64,000 bases of DNA from Fistulifera solaris (GCA_030295235.1 AP026169.1:558001-622000), one strand, 5' to 3'. Shown: positions 49,014 to 61,812, counted from the stretch's first letter. A program made the numbers and translations. Notes: generated by a model from the sequence alone, not told the origin.

Positions 49014-49527
49014 TGCTATCGAACGCGATATCCTCGATGAATCAAAGTGCGGCGCACACAACAAGAAAAAGGAGAAAGAAGAAGAAACATGCAGCTCTGT
49101 GAAATGTTGTGGTTCAACGTTCAACGCTTTTTTTGCCCTTGACCACAATGTGTCACGTTTTACTCATGTTTCATATTATGAGTCAACAGTACCATGTGGT
49201 ACCCACCCACATAATATCCAGAAAACAAAAACTTGCACTAAAACTTTTACTTCACAAGCGTTCGCGCCATCCCAACATGAAATCCTAATCCGTAATCCGA
49301 ACCCAATCGAAAAATAATCCCTAGAGCTAGACAAACATACCTATGTAGTGATGGATAATGGATAATCGAGTACTTGTACCTTCTTCACTTGAAAATCATA
49401 TAAACTGCATCTTATGTGCAGTTTTAAGCTATTGGCTTGAATCTTTCGTAGTCCATGACAAGATTAAAACGATGTCGTTTTGAACTGTTGATATTCTTAA
49501 AATCGATTACATTCTGGATACATTTGA

Positions 49528-50265
49528 TTATATTTCGGGAAAGATTAGTTTCTCCGGAAGAGGTCCAAAAGACGGAGATCGAAGGTCGATCATCTCAATA
49601 TGCCTGTCAAATAATGGAGCCTGAGGACACACCAGTTTCACATCGCATCCATCTTTTTTTTGGCGTCTGGACGAGTGTAAACGTTTCAGAGTGCTCCTGA
49701 GCTCGGAAAGCGACCTCTTGCTCTCTCTCGTTGTCAGCATCAGCCTTTCGTTCCATCATAGCAAGCACTGGTTGGTGAAAGTTCCTTGCAGGGTTCTCGT
49801 TGCGCGTCCTACGGAAGGAAAGGCGGAATGTGCTTGCAATGGATTTTCGGAGACGATCAGCTGATGCAGGAAGACTTTTCGATGATTTTGCAGTTCGGCA
49901 CATCCTTTCGAATTGGAAGGCAGTTTTGATCTCAAATGGATAATGCAGCGAAAGATTATCTTTGGTAGCGAAGTTTGCAAAAGAATGAGCCAATTTGTTG
50001 ATTTCGAAATGGTTCTCTTCCGACGTCTGAGAGGCAAAATCAGGGAGTAAATGGAAAAATGAGAACCTTTGAACAGCTGGGAAGGCGATTCCCCTTCTGA
50101 TTTCACCACTTCAAACTTAACTACTCCGTCGTTATCAGACAACGGACATTTCAGTTTCAAAATTGAGAAAGACGAAAAACAGGTGTTTACGAGTAACTCT
50201 GAACTCGAACAAAATGTATCCAGAATGACCTTGACGTCCTTACCTTTTAGCGATTGTCTGGTCAT
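49528..50265 (-). CDS. Hypothetical protein in overlapping frameshifted ORFs
   Basis: ORFs 49756..50265, 49607..49993 and 49528..49740 overlap in successive frames; no family recognised. Confidence 0.35.
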
Positions 50266-51144
50266 TTTGAATTACGACTTAACGCGACATGACTCTGTAT
50301 TTTATCTACGACCAATGACCACTGAGAAATGAGAAACAGCTTACAACTTACACTATAGTCCTTCATTTTCGGTGTAATTTAGTCTACTGCATATACGGCC
50401 AAAAGCCAATGACAATGACCCTTTGGGAGTCAAACAGCTAATCGCTTGTTAACGACTAAGTCACGAGTCGCGAGTAGTCGCCACGAAGAAAGTCAAAACT
50501 GGGTTCTAGTTCTAGGTACCGGTAGCTGTTTAGCCCCGGTCAAGTTCGTCTTAAGTTTATAGTGTTCACATAGACGCAGGTCTTGATTACACAAGACACA
50601 AGCTTACTTACCAATCACCTAACCAACATCAAGGGCACGTACAAGCTTAGGAGGATGACGCAAGGAAAAAACTTGATTTGCTCAACGTTCGTTGAGCACA
50701 TCCAATAAAGAGGAATTTCTTCGATGTGGTAAGCGCGATACATCTCTAGAGAGCAAATCGAAAGGCCACTCTAGAACTAAAGACTAGATTTTTTGATTGC
50801 TGATGTTAAACTCGACAATAACCCGAACCTTTTTCACAGAAAGGAAGGCAGGTATTTAGACGTTAAACTGCTAAAAGGGCTCTAAGTGAAAGGATTTGAA
50901 TTTCTCAACCCACTACAATAAAAGAGAGTGTAGCTACAGAACCGCACTCGAATTTATGTTAAACTTCAAAAGTCGTTGATCTAAGCAACGCGCAAGTCGG
51001 AGCAGATCATCACCATGATTTTCTTTCGTTTGCTCTTTAACATCACTCCCCATTATTGTCATTTCAATTGGTCATTGAAGGGCAAAACGAAGAAACAAAG
51101 CATTTAGTTCTACGTTTTTAACCTGATTGAGGCTTTCTATTGAC

Positions 51145-54100
51145 ATGGCTACGCAAAATCAACGACGACGCGGAGCTGTCGTCGCCTTGTTGGTGCTGAT
51201 GTGCACTTCTGTTGTGTCACAAAATGTGGAGTGCCGACTAAAGCCAGATGAATCGGGGGCGCTCAAGTACGTTTGTGAAGTCGATCAGCCACTTCCGACG
51301 GTGAATGCCATGACAAACAATTCGTCCGAAGCACCGACAGCTGCACCAACCGTAACCATGCGGACGATCGTTCCACAACTGCAGTATCTAGGAGAACCCG
51401 TCAATATTCAAACACCCTTGGAAAACTGTCAAGGAGATTGCGATACCGATTGGGACTGCGGATACGGTCTCAATTGTTTTCATCGCCGCGCCAAAGAGCC
51501 CGTGCCGGGATGCGGAAGAGATGGAATCCGAGCCGTGGATTACTGCTATATTCCTCGACCGGGCGAGCTTGTTGTTGTTGGATCAAACGCGACCTCCAAC
51601 ATTTTTTATCCGTTTGGGCAATGTGAAGGCCACTGTGAGAGCGACGCGGATTGTATCTCGGGTTTGCAGTGTTTTCTTCGTGATGATTTCGAAGCAGTTC
51701 CTGGTTGTAAAGGCGTCGGTGCTCAAGGAACAAACTACTGCTACCTCGCCCCTCCGAGTGATCAACCTTCTTCCGTGCAATCCGATCAGCCTTCCGACGT
51801 ACCGTCGCTAGCGCCTTCCGTCGACATATCTGCAAAGCCGTCTTCTGAAATGTCCGCCACACCGAGCACAGACGTCTTTGTTGAGACAGAAGGTACACGC
51901 TTCCAATTCGCCGGTTTCCCTCCTCATAATACTCTACTGGGGATGTGTGAAGGACACTGCGCTTCCGATGCGGATTGCGAACTCGGATTGGTTTGTGAGC
52001 GACGTGCCCCATTCGACAAAATGTCAAGTTGCTCAGGAGTAGGAATGATCGGTGTAAAATACTGCGTGGAACCTCAGGATGGTCAGTTGAGATTGATCGG
52101 AAACGAGAAAGACGCGTTGTATTTTCCCTTCGGCAAGTGTGAAGGTCATTGTACATGCAGCCTGGATTGTCGTGCCGGTTTGCAATGTTTCCGCCGCGAT
52201 GATGTGGAAAGTGTTCCAGGATGCAGCGGTAGTGGTGCCCCTGGAAAATATTATTGTTACGATCCCGACGATTCTGACTTTAATGGGTCTGAAGAGAAGA
52301 CAGTATCGCCTTCCGTGATGGGATCGTTAGAAACAATTAGCGATTTTCCCAGTGAATTGCCCAGCGATCTGCCAAGTGACTTGCCCAGCGATCTGCCCAG
52401 TGATTTACCGACTACAATCTCCTCCGACTACCCTTCTACGGAACCAAGTCAAAGTCCAGTTTTGTTCCGGCCCACCGAACGAGGTTCGTATCGCCCAAGC
52501 TCGACTCCTTCCCTTCGCCCTACAGTTCATCCATCGGCTTCGTCATCTTCAGTGCCAACTAGCCATCAATCAGGGGCTCCCTCTCAACAGAAAACTATGA
52601 CCCCTACGAGCTTCAGAGGAAATGATCTGGAGGAGTCAAGTGTCCCCAGTTCCGAGCCCTCGACTGCAGTATTGTCAGACCTCCCGTCGATTGTCCCCAC
52701 TAGGCAGCAATCGTCTAATCCGACTGCCACAAAAGATTCATTGGTACCATCTGCATCTCCCAGTGTCGTTCTTGATTCTACCGTATCTTCAAGTACTCCT
52801 TCGGTGGCCCCAGCTGAATCTCAAAGTGCCACACCTTCTTCAACAATCACTTCCGATATGCCTTCTACAGCACCGACAGTGCAACAATCAGCTGAGCCCT
52901 CTGGGGAACCTTTATCAATGTCGCCATCGAGTATTTCCACCACCATGCCGTCAAATCTCGCTTCTTCGAACGTCCCCTCAATTCCACCCTCCGTTCAGCA
53001 ATCGTCGGAGCCGTCTGCAAAAGCTACTTCTTTGGCACCATCCGCTGTGCCATCAGTCGCAGTCACTTCGAGTACACCGTCGCTTTTACCTTCCGTCCAG
53101 CAGTCGTCGGAACCCTCTCGAACTACTTCTTCGGCACCTTCTGACAATAAAAGCGCCCAACCCTCGACTGCGGCCAGTACGAATGTACCGTCCTTATCAC
53201 CTTCCGTTCGAGAATCATCTGATCCTACAGTGCAAGCAGCCTCATCAGATACCCCAAGTGCCGCGCCATCAAATATACGGTCAATCCAAGTGTCACCCGA
53301 ACCCTCTATGATGACCACTTCCTTGGCCCCATCTGATACTCCCAGTGCCGCACCATCAATCAGAAGGTCTGTCCAAGAATCATCTGAACCCTCAGTGACA
53401 ACCACTTCATCGGCGCCGTCCGACAGTCCAAGCACAACGCCATCGTCTTTGCCTTCTGTTTGGGAATCGTTCGAGCCCTCAGTGAAGGCTACTTCATCAG
53501 CCCCATCTAATATTCCCAGTGGCGCACCATCAAATGTACGATCCATCCAGCCTTCAGCTGAGCCCTCATTGAAAGCTACTTCAATGGCTCCGTCTGACAG
53601 TCCAAGCACGATGCCATCCATTGCGGTCGCTTCGGATTCACCAACATCTCTGCCTTCTGTTCGAGAGTCATTCGAGCCCTCAGTGAAGACTACTTCATCA
53701 CCCCCTTCTGATATGCCGAGTGCCGCACCATCAAATGTACGGTCCATCAAAGAGTCAGACGAGCCCTCAGTGACGACCATGTCGATGGCCCCGTCCGACA
53801 AACCAAGTGCCTTGCCATCGACTGCTGCAACTTCGGATGCTCCATCGTTTTCACCTTCCATTCAGGAGTCGTTCGAGCCCTCAGTAAAAACGACGTCCTT
53901 TGCCATTTCTGATATTCCGAGTGCCGCGCCATCAAATTTACGGTCCATCGAAGACTCAGATGAGCCATCAGTGACAACCATTTCGATGACTCCGTCCGAT
54001 AATCCAAGCACTTTGCCATCGATAGCTGCTACTTCGGATGCTCCATCACTTTTACCTTCTGTAACTACATCTGATATACCGAGTGCTGCACCGTCAGTTG

Positions 54101-57100
54101 AAGCCTATTCGGATGTCCCCTCGCCTTCGCCGTACTCTGATTCTCCAAGTAACATGCCATCCACTGCAGGATCTTCGGACACACCATCACTATCGCCGTC
54201 TGTCAATCAATCTTCTGAACCCTCAATTGGAGTAGAATCGTCGGCGCCATCAACGCTCGATAACAACCAAGTTGGAGACAGCTCCGACGCGCCTAGTTCT
54301 GTCCCCTCACCAGTGGCAGTAGGGTCAAAAGAGCTTGAATACTTAGGACTGCCTCCCTTTGTTGACTTCCGTCTATCCGAGTGCCAGGGGGACTGTGACA
54401 GTGACCTCGATTGCGACTTTGGACTGAACTGTTTTAGGCGAACTGCCTTTGAGCCTGTTCCTAATTGCCTAGGCACCGGGATCAGGGCGATAGATTATTG
54501 CTACGTCCCTCCTTCAGGTCATTTGGTTGTGACTAACATGGGACCCAATATTTCTCTAAAGAAGTGCGAAGGGCATTGTAAGACAGATTCCGATTGTGTT
54601 GGCGCGCTGAGATGCTTCCAGCGCCAGTATCTACAGGAAGTTCCTGGATGCGACGGGCTTGGGGCTGTTGGTACCGACTACTGTTACGATCCCAACGATG
54701 AGGTCCCTTCCAGTCCAAACCAGCCACCGTTGCCGTCTCCTGCCGTCATTTCAATTACTCCAAGTGATTTGCCATCTACTGCAGCCACGTCAGATGTTCC
54801 GTCACTTTTGCCTTCTGATGAACCATCGTCAGTACCTTCAACCATACCATTATCAGTTCCCCCTCTACTTTTGACAATCAAACTGGAGACAAATCCGACG
54901 CGCCTAGTGACGTCCCCTCGCCAGCGGTCGATGGGTCCAAAGAGCTCGACTTTATCGATACACCTCCCTTCGGGGATGATCCCTTAGGCGAGTGCCAGGG
55001 AGATTGTGACAGCGACCTTGATTGCGACTTTGGGTTGAACTGCTTCAGGCGATCGTCTTTCGAGCCTGTGCCAGGATGTACAGGGAGTGGAAGGGAAGGT
55101 GTCAACTATTGCTACGTTCCACCTCCAGGTCGCTTGGTTGTGACAGGTATGGGGCCCAATCTTTCGTTGGAAAAGTGTGAAGGTCATTGTGAGGTCGATT
55201 CGGATTGTGCTGGTAAACTGAAATGCTTCCAGCGCCTGTATCTTCAAGAAGTTCCTGGATGTAACGGTCTTGGTGCCATTGGCACCAACTATTGTTATGA
55301 TCCCGCAGCAGCTAATGAGCTCGAGACGCCATCGCTAAGTCCAGCAGCTTCGCTCTCGTATTATCCAAGTGATTTGCCATCTACTGCAGCCACGTCAGAT
55401 GTTCCGTCACTTTTGCCTTCTGATGAACCATCGTCAGTACCTTCAACCATACCATTATCAGTTCCCCCCTCTACTTTTGACAATCAAACTGGAGACAAAT
55501 CCGACGCGCCTAGTGACGTCCCCTCGCCAGCGGTCGATGGGTCCAAAGAGCTCGACTTTATCGATACACCTCCCTTCGGGGATGATCCCTTAGGCGAGTG
55601 CCAGGGAGATTGTGACAGCGACCTTGATTGCGACTTTGGGTTGAACTGCTTCAGGCGATCGTCTTTCGAGCCTGTGCCAGGATGTACAGGGAGTGGAAGG
55701 GAAGGTGTCAACTATTGCTACGTTCCACCTCCAGGTCGCTTGGTTGTGACAGGTATGGGGCCCAATCTTTCGTTGGAAAAGTGCGAAGGTCATTGTGAGG
55801 CCGATTCGGATTGTGCTGGTAAACTGAAATGCTTCCAGCGCCTGTATCTTCAAGAAGTTCCTGGATGTAACGGTCTTGGTGCCATTGGCACCAACTATTG
55901 TTATGATCCCGAAGCAGCTAATGAGCTCGAGACGCCATCGCTAAGTCCAGCAGCTTCGCTCTCGTATTATCCAAGTGATTTGCCATCTACTGCAGCCACG
56001 TCAGATGTTCCGTCACTTTTGCCTTCTGATGAACCATCGTCAGTACCTTCAACCATACCATTATCAGTTCCCCCCTCTACTTTTGACAATCAAACTGGAG
56101 ACAAATCCGACGCGCCTAGTGACGTCCCCTCGCCAGCGGTCGATGGGTCCAAAGAGCTCGACTTTATCGATACACCTCCCTTCGGGGATGATCCCTTAGG
56201 CGAGTGCCAGGGAGATTGTGACAGCGACCTTGATTGCGACTTTGGGTTGAACTGCTTCAGGCGATCGTCTTTCGAGCCTGTGCCAGGATGTACAGGGAGT
56301 GGAAGGGAAGGTGTCAACTATTGCTACGTTCCACCTCCAGGTCGCTTGGTTGTGACAGGTATGGGGCCCAATCTTTCGTTGGAAAAGTGTGAAGGTCATT
56401 GTGAGGTCGATTCGGATTGTGCTGGTAAACTGAAATGCTTCCAGCGCCTGTATCTTCAAGAAGTTCCTGGATGTAACGGTCTTGGTGCCATTGGCATCAA
56501 CTATTGCTACGATACGAACGAAGCACCTGACATTGATATGCCTTTTGCATTCCCATCTTCCGCCCCAACTTTGGTTGGAGTAGAGTCTTTGAATCCAGCT
56601 ACACGTGAAACCGTTTATCCTACGGGACTTTCATTAGCTTGTGATATGGACATCGATCAGCGAAGGATCGGAATCACACAAGTGATTCGAACGGTGTCAT
56701 CTACGGAAAGTTTAGTCGACCCAATGACAAACCAGCACAAAGCATTAAACTGGATAGTCAATCATGACCGATTCCGTTTGTGTCCTGGGGACCCAAATGT
56801 TTTGCAGCGCTACATTCTTGCTCTCTTGTACTTCCAAACGTCCGGTGATTCATGGAAGAGATGCTCTGCGAATCAGACAGATGACCTGGCCTGTGAAGGT
56901 GAACCTTTCTTGAGCCCTTCTTATGAATGTTTTTGGGGTGGTATTCGGTGCGAGGCCAACGTTACCGTTACAGCGATTCACCTTGATGACAATAAACTTT
57001 TTGGACCTTTACCGTCAGAAGTTAGCGCATTAGAGGATCTTGTTGAATTGGATTTGGATAATAACGCATTAGTAGGAAAGCTTCCTTCATCACTCGGAAA

Positions 57101-57464
57101 TCTCACGAAGCTGGAAGTTCTGGACCTGGATGAAAATCTACTCACAGGAGCTATTCCGGTTGAGCTCTTCAATGCGAAGTCCTTGAGAGTTCTTGACCTT
57201 GATTCCAATCAATTTACAGGTAGTCTTCACGCTCAAGTGTCCCGCTTGCACAATCTTTATTTTATACAGCTTGACTTCAATCTCATGACTGGAGGGATTC
57301 CTTCGGAGTTGGGTTCTTTGAAAGACCTGCGTTTCTTATCGGCTATTCAAGCCGGTTTTTCTGACGCCATCCCATCTAATCTTTGTGGAAGCGATATCGA
57401 CATTATTGCCGATTGCCGGATCTGTACTGTCGAGGGTTGTTGTTCCTCGTGTTTCGAAGACTGA
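51145..57464 (+). CDS. Large secreted protein: 12 frustulin-type acidic cysteine-rich domains, Pro/Ser/Thr stalk, C-terminal LRR domain; frameshift at C run 54859-54863
   Basis: Signal peptide; C[EQ]G[DH]C..D.DC...L.CF.R.....VPGC.G.G.....YCY repeats; PS(D/A)xPS repeats; LxxLDLxxNxLxGxIPxxL LRRs. Confidence 0.88.
54759..56506 (+). repeat. Coding tandem repeat, 606-bp unit, about 2.9 near-identical copies
   Basis: tccaagtgatttgccatctactgcagcc at 54759, 55364 and 55970; first copy one C shorter. Confidence 0.97.
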
Positions 57465-57525
57465 TCTGCAGTAAATCATACATTCTAAAAACAGAAACAG
57501 TATTTGTCTAGGAAGTGAGAAAGTT

Positions 57526-59865
57526 CTATTCAAACCAGCGTCTCTCGAGGGTCTTCTTGCCCACTCTTTCTGCATCCTCTTGAGGCGTGATCACTGGGAT
57601 AGTACTTTTGTACTTTTCAACGATTTCTGTAAACTGTTCCTCGTCCTTGTTAACTTTTCTTCGTTTGATTGGCTTCACACCTTTATTCTGGTGCTTCACA
57701 TTCTCGCCCCTTTGATTCTCTAGATGTTGATCATCAGTGTGGCTATACTCACGATCTTCGTTTTTACTAGATGGCTTAGCCGCATCAAGATATGAAATGC
57801 CTTCTTCTCTTTGCTTGCGCTTCTTCTCGCGCTGTCTTGCTCCACGACTGGCCTTCTTTTCCTTTTTATCCACTTTGCCATCCGTACTTTTCTTTTGCTT
57901 AAGCTTGTTGACCAGTTGGGCAGTCCGGTGCTCTGCTTGATGTTTTGCTTTAACCTTGTTCTCAACAGCAAACTCTAGAATGAGGCGGGGTATTTTCGAC
58001 GCTTCACCCTCCGTTTCCCCTTTCCGTTTCCTTGATTTCCTTAACAAAGATGCTTGTTTGCCACCAGCGACATACTCGGCTGAATATAGAGTATTATTGT
58101 TAAGCTCTCGTAAACATGCCAGCGCATGAATGTGATGCTGAAACTCAACAAAGCCGAATCCCCCTGCTAGGTGGTTTCGGGTCGGTTTTGTCCTTGGAAA
58201 CCATAAAATCGCGATTGATAAAAACAGAAGGGATGTATTTCTTGATATTCTTCGGATCAAACGGAATCAAAATATTTTCCTTTGGCTGTTCCAGTAAACT
58301 CATGATGTCTCGGGCTGTTTTATCACCAGTAGCTTTCCAATGTGCAACGGCGTCTTCAACAGTTACTCTTCCCATGCCTTTCAAAGTCGCTTGGGCAACC
58401 AGCGCTTTCAGATCGGCTTCGTCTACATGCTTCGCTAAGTTGCGAATACTCAATCGAGTTGGATTGATGAAAAGAGAGGACTGCGCAACTTAGACTGCTT
58501 CTCAGTCCACGCAGCTTGTCGCTTCAATTGATCTGTTTCAGGCAGATGCTCCCAGTCGTCTTCAACACGACCGACAGCTTGTAAATAAAGATGACGTCGA
58601 TCCGCTCGTAGCGATTGATGATGATCGAATGTATGCGCGCTATCTTTGTCCACAGTCAGGTTCACCCGCAGAGGACGACCTTTCAAGGTCAAGCCACTGG
58701 AACCGATCTCATTACTCTTCATTGCAACAAACGTGGAATCCATACCTGCTCCTTCTAACGCGCGCTGTGCACCAGCCGCAGTTTCAAACACAACGAACGC
58801 AGTTCCCTTAAATACACCTTTTTCTTTGACCAAATAGATACTTGATACACGGCCGAATCGTCGAAAGCACTCAAAAAGATCATGTCGAGTAGCATCGAAA
58901 GGAAGATTTCGCACAAACAATGATCGCTTCTCGGATATTTCTTTCTTTCGTTTTTCCTTTTCGTTCTCTTCGTCCATAGTGGTGGAAGTAACACTTTTCT
59001 CTTCATCCTCATCGACGTCCTTTGCGCTTCCGTCGTTTTCCTCGTCACTTGAAGAGTCGTCGTCGTCGTCGTCGTCGTTGTCGTCGGAATCACTAGCTTC
59101 CTCTTTGTTAGAGTCACTGGCTTCTTCATCATTCTTGTCCTTGTCGTCACCATCTTTCTCTTCAGGCTGATTCATCGCTTCGTCAATGTCTTCGCTCTTC
59201 TGTTTTGCGGTACCCTTCTTGATGTTTTGCGATTTGTTTTCCTCATAGGTTTGTTTCGACAAACTCCAAGCAATTTCGACTGCTCGTTTCGCCACTTCAA
59301 TCGAATGGGCTGCTACACATTTAGCGGCATCCGCTTTCTTATCAAACGTAACAAAACCGAATCCACGATGTTGCTTTTGCACCATGGGCAAATGAATGTC
59401 ATGAATGGTCCCAAATTGCGACAAAGCTGATCGAATATGCGATTCTTTGGCATAGAACGATAAGTTTCGCAAGATGACTCGACAATGTTTCTTTTTGTAA
59501 TCGTTTGGTTGGACCTCTCCTTCCACTTCTGCGGCATGATTCGTCTTTTTTCGTTCGTGACGATCTTCCGACGCCAGTGCCACACGTATTAGCACCGCGG
59601 TCGACCCCACCATAATGGTGTGATCGTTCAAAGTCTTGGCAGCTTGTTCGGCATCTTGTTGTTTCGTATATTTGACGAAAGCATAAGAAGATGATTTGTC
59701 TTCATTGTGAATGACGGCCGACTTTTGATCGGACCGATTTGAGAAAAGGCATCTTCCAAATGGTGTCGTCGAATTTCCGATGTCGCCGGAACAAAGCGGA
59801 CAAATACCGTCGCTTCGGTTGACTTTTTTTTTCTGTTGTGGCACTTTGGGAGTTGTCGATTGCAT
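57526..59865 (-). CDS. RBM28: Multi-RRM nucleolar protein RBM28/Nop4; four frameshifts (about 59828, 59724, 58470, 58162)
   Basis: RRMs RVILRNLSF..RGFGFVTF, SLFVRNLPF..KGTAFVVF, RLSIRNL..RGFGFVEF..H.HAL..LRELNNN; acidic linker; RLILEFAVEN. Confidence 0.9.
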
Positions 59866-60245
59866 TTGTTTTGAGTCTATTTAGGTTTGAAACACACTCT
59901 CACACACGTTTCCCTTTTCCATCGACTGGCTATCGTTGATTTTTGTTTGGAATTTTTTCTGTGGGAAACGATTTTTTTTGTTGGTTATGGGTGGCAATTA
60001 TTTGTTTCTGTCGGACGAGCGAGCGAGCGAGCGAGGAGAGCTACAGACGCTGACGTTTGTCCTTCGCTCGTTCGTTGGTTCGTCCTGACTCGTGACCCGA
60101 ATTCAACTTTTACCGTTTACCACAGATTACTAAAAAAACGAAACACTCGACAGCAGCGCCTTTGGCTTACGGTATATCATCGTTGTGTTTGTTCACCCGT
60201 GCTGTATACATCCGTTTGCAGCACATTAATTAATCATCAATCATC

Positions 60246-60761
60246 ATGGTATGTTTTTGTTTCAAGATAACGTCAATCTATTCGCTGCTATAAATTATGC
60301 GCGACGAGAACAAAGAGGACATTTATTTGTAGTGATTGCAAAGGCAACAGCTTTTCGCGTCGCGGTCTGCGCAATTTTTCGTTTAGGGATGGTTCTGGCA
60401 AAAACAAAAACATGCTGTTCCTTTGTTTTTTCCATGAGGAGATGAATTGCGCTTAGACACTCATCCGGAAACGTGACTATTGAAAGCTATGAAGAGGAGT
60501 GATTCGCTGTTGTTTTTTCCCTTGCCTTTCACAAAAATCTCATGGCATTTTCTAACACACTCTTTCTTTGTTTTTTTTTTTGCACTTTTTGCACCTTGTT
60601 CGTTTCAGCCGGCACAAAAAAGTTTCCGCACCAAGCGCACACTTGCCAAAGCGCAACGACAGAACCGTCCTTTGCCACAATGGATTCGCATGCGAACGGA
60701 TAACACAATCAAATGGAACGCCAAGCGTCGTCACTGGCGCCGTACCAAGTTGGGTCTATAA
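60246..60761 (+). CDS. RPL39: 60S ribosomal protein L39 (eL39), intron 60249..60608 directly after the ATG
   Basis: ATG then GTATGT...TTCAG, then [50 protein letters not shown]. Confidence 0.96.
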
Positions 60762-60864
60762 ATTCCTACACAATTATTGTTTCAAAAAATAATAATAAGA
60801 ATAATAATACTTAATGTAGAAGAACTTTCTGGATCCTACCGAACTGAGGGACCGCCTGGATCAA

Positions 60865-61812
60865 TCAATGAAGTTTCGTTTTCCAGGAACAGGGGTCGTA
60901 CACATCCAATCCATGTTTCCATATAGAGACTCTCTTGGGCCCCGCGTAGCGGGAGATGATTGCTTGTGTTATTGTAGGAAACCATTGATACAGATACATT
61001 GCACTTAATGTCGGTTGCCTCGCGATCCATACTTCGTTATAGCCCTGTCGTGGTCGTTTTCGTCGCATTGCCGCCGTCACAATGTGAGCGCATCGTGTAG
61101 CCGACATTTTCATCGATTGCGTTGCTCTAGAACGAGGATGAAAGGGTGTATCTACAGTCCCCGGGCAAAGGACATCCACGCGCAATTGTGGTTGCTCGGC
61201 CGTCAGGGATTTCAGAAAACCATGCAACGCGTGTTTCGAAGCCGCATACGCCGATGACAATGGTACCGGCAAATGACCCGCAACCGACGATGTAACAATG
61301 AAATGTCGTATATCTGGCCGTTCCTGACAAAGTAGTTGAATCAATCGCATCGGTCCGAGTGTATTGGTCTCGAAGAGCTGTCTCACATAGGACGGGTTCA
61401 TACCTTCCACCGTCGACAATTGCCCTCCCACACCTGCATTGATCCATACGGCATCGACACGTGCAGGCAACTGGCGTATAGCGCGTCTAACTTGTCGTGG
61501 CAACGTTATATCGAAGGGAAGGAGGATAGGCATGTTCTCACTTCGGTGACGCGTCTTGCGAGAGAACTCCACTGCGACTTGTTGCAACTTTCTTTTCGAT
61601 CGAGAGGAAAGAATCAGTTGAGAAGTTGGCTGCAACAGAGCTACTTCTTTACCGATACCGGAACTTGCACCAATAATCCAGAGCGTCTTGTTGTTGCTCC
61701 TGCTTGGTGTGGTAACGAGTCGATTCCATTTCTCATAGAAATACATGGAAGGCGAGCAGTCCAGGATCGAAGTAGTCCATCCTGCCGCAATAATCCACAG
61801 CCATGGAAACAT
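60865..61812 (-). CDS. Short-chain dehydrogenase/reductase, DHRS7-like
   Basis: GASSGIG, NAG, SSVAG, YAASKHA motifs; hydrophobic N-terminus. Confidence 0.9.
   Translation of the reverse strand: MFPWLWIIAAGWTTSILDCSPSMYFYEKWNRLVTTPSRSNNKTLWIIGASSGIGKEVALLQPTSQLILSSRSKRKLQQVAVEFSRKTRHRSENMPILLPFDITLPRQVRRAIRQLPARVDAVWINAGVGGQLSTVEGMNPSYVRQLFETNTLGPMRLIQLLCQERPDIRHFIVTSSVAGHLPVPLSSAYAASKHALHGFLKSLTAEQPQLRVDVLCPGTVDTPFHPRSRATQSMKMSATRCAHIVTAAMRRKRPRQGYNEVWIARQPTLSAMYLYQWFPTITQAIISRYAGPKRVSIWKHGLDVYDPCSWKTKLH

Noticed and set aside
52622..53861. Long overlapping and antisense ORFs in the Pro/Ser stalk
   Set aside because: Shadows of low-complexity coding sequence with no independent motifs.
123..59832. 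Programmed ribosomal frameshifting or mass pseudogenisation
   Set aside because: Shifts go both ways with no common slippery or stop motif, hit essential genes, and the 606-bp repeat shows C5 versus C6 in otherwise near-identical copies; assembly error is simpler.
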